A stretch of 64,000 nucleotides of DNA, taken from Vermamoeba vermiformis. Its lineage: Eukaryota. The notes under the pieces are model-generated. The model worked only from the letters and a program-made list of their open reading frames with translations. It ran no database searches and was not told the DNA's origin. Location of the stretch: assembly GCA_045837725.1 (NCBI GenBank), contig JBEWZL010000030.1, forward strand, positions 124,001-188,000, read 5' to 3'. Positions 62,948 to 64,000 of this stretch are shown here, piece by piece. The stretch's first letter is position 1, and each line of letters begins with the position of its first letter. A program made the position numbers and the translations under genes.

Positions 62948-63642
62948 ATGAGCGGCTCAGGTAATTACCTATAATTGTTTACTAATTATTTATGCGTTAT
63001 TATTGATTGTGGACGATGGATTGAGGATTAAAAAATGATAACCAATTTGGAGGATTTAATAATAATTATTACCATCGCAGGACGTGGTAATACTTCTGGT
63101 TCTAAGTTCAAGATGACTTTGGGTCTCCCTGTTGGTGCTGTTATGAACTGCGCTGATAACACTGGTGCCAAGAACCTTTACGTCATCTCCGTCAAGGGCT
63201 ACAAGGGTAGATTGAACAAGCTCCCTGCCGCCGCTGTCGGTGATATGGTTATGGCTACCGTTAAGGATGGCAAGCCCGAGTTGCGAAAGAAAGGTAATTA
63301 TTATTATTATTGATTTTTTATTTTTTTAGATCGGTCATTCTAATGAACGTGTTTTTTAGTTTGGCCCGCTATTGTCATTCGTCAACGAAAGGCATGGAGA
63401 AGAAAGGACGGTGTTTACATTTACTTCGAAGGTAATAATTTATTTTCAGATCGTTTTTTTAAAAAACGTGGTGCGATTATTTTTTAAATAATTATCTAAC
63501 AATGCTATTGTAACTAGATAACGCTGGTGTTATTGTTAACCCCAAGGGTGAAATGAAGGGTTCAGCCATCACTGGTCCTGTCGGCAAAGAATCTGCTGAC
63601 TTGTGGCCCAAGATTGCCTCTGCTGCCGGAACCGTTTTGTAA
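62948..63642 (+). CDS. RPL23: 60S ribosomal protein L23 (uL14)
   Basis: [52 protein letters not shown]. 3 introns. Confidence 0.98.
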
Positions 63643-63715
63643 AAAAATAATACCTCAATAATAAACGTTCCTTCTCAATAATTGGTTGATCCATTGCAGC
63701 AAATGCCGTACATTT

Positions 63716-64000
63716 TTATTGATCCCAAGTTGAATTGGGCGAGGCTATAATACCACTATTCGCACTAACCAACTCTTTCAAGGCCCACGACTTGTCGCGA
63801 ATTTGATTCTGCAGACTGGCGTATTGCGCGACGAGTCGGTCAAAGCCCAAACCTGCGGCACTGTACGCCTCCAACTGCCTCATGATCTGTCGCAGTTCAT
63901 GCGATGAAGTGTTGATGGCCTTTTCTAAGAGTGCTCTGATCTGCTTGAATCCAGCGACACTATGTGCGGTATAGGTGTTGGTGAGGATCTGCTGTTGAAT
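63716..64000 (-). CDS. HAUS4: HAUS augmin-like complex subunit 4 (3' end only)
   Basis: Hand translation ...ILTNTYTAHSVAGFKQIRALL...LEAYSAAGLGFDRLVAQYASLQNQIRDKSWALKEL resembles the HAUS4 C-terminus (TY, FDRLV..Y, WAL.E). Confidence 0.8.
   Translation of the reverse strand: MQQQILTNTYTAHSVAGFKQIRALLEKAINTSSHELRQIMRQLEAYSAAGLGFDRLVAQYASLQNQIRDKSWALKELVSANSGIIASPNSTWDQ

Noticed and set aside
62961-63518. snoRNAs in RPL23 introns
   Set aside because: No convincing C/D or H/ACA box pairs.

Overview
Gene-dense eukaryotic genomic DNA from an intron-rich protist. Amoebozoan-like features are a Pats1-type Roco kinase, a TRAF/MATH protein and a 5S rRNA resembling that of Acanthamoeba. About 25 spliced protein genes lie in the window, with short (about 45-60 nt) introns, longer AT-rich first introns and very short intergenic or bidirectional promoters. 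In order: cytochrome b5-like (partial), PH-OSBP, CCT7, BEACH/WD40, EF-hand protein, sphingosine kinase, kynurenine aminotransferase, nucleoredoxin, KCTD-BTB, Pats1-like Roco, VIPAS39-like, dynein LIC, CobW GTPase, RD-rich SMAP protein, CCT-motif-like protein, CK1, BTAF1/MOT1, CENP-M, SGTA, AKTIP-like, CaaX coiled-coil protein, D-amino-acid transaminase, citrate synthase, TRAF, RPL23 and HAUS4 (partial). Most notable: (1) a highly iterated 12-bp palindrome TGACA-SS-TGTCA, with 12 exact copies in introns, exons and splice junctions; (2) a complete 5S rRNA gene nested in a BEACH-gene intron; (3) two U12-type introns plus two inferred GC-AG introns; (4) a bacterial-type D-amino-acid transaminase that carries introns; (5) a plant-type CCT-like motif gene with a long structured 3' UTR; (6) a 16-bp perfect inverted repeat covering the start codons of two divergent genes. 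Gene models were spliced by hand, so outer coordinates are best estimates. Homology calls come from recalled motifs, not searches.
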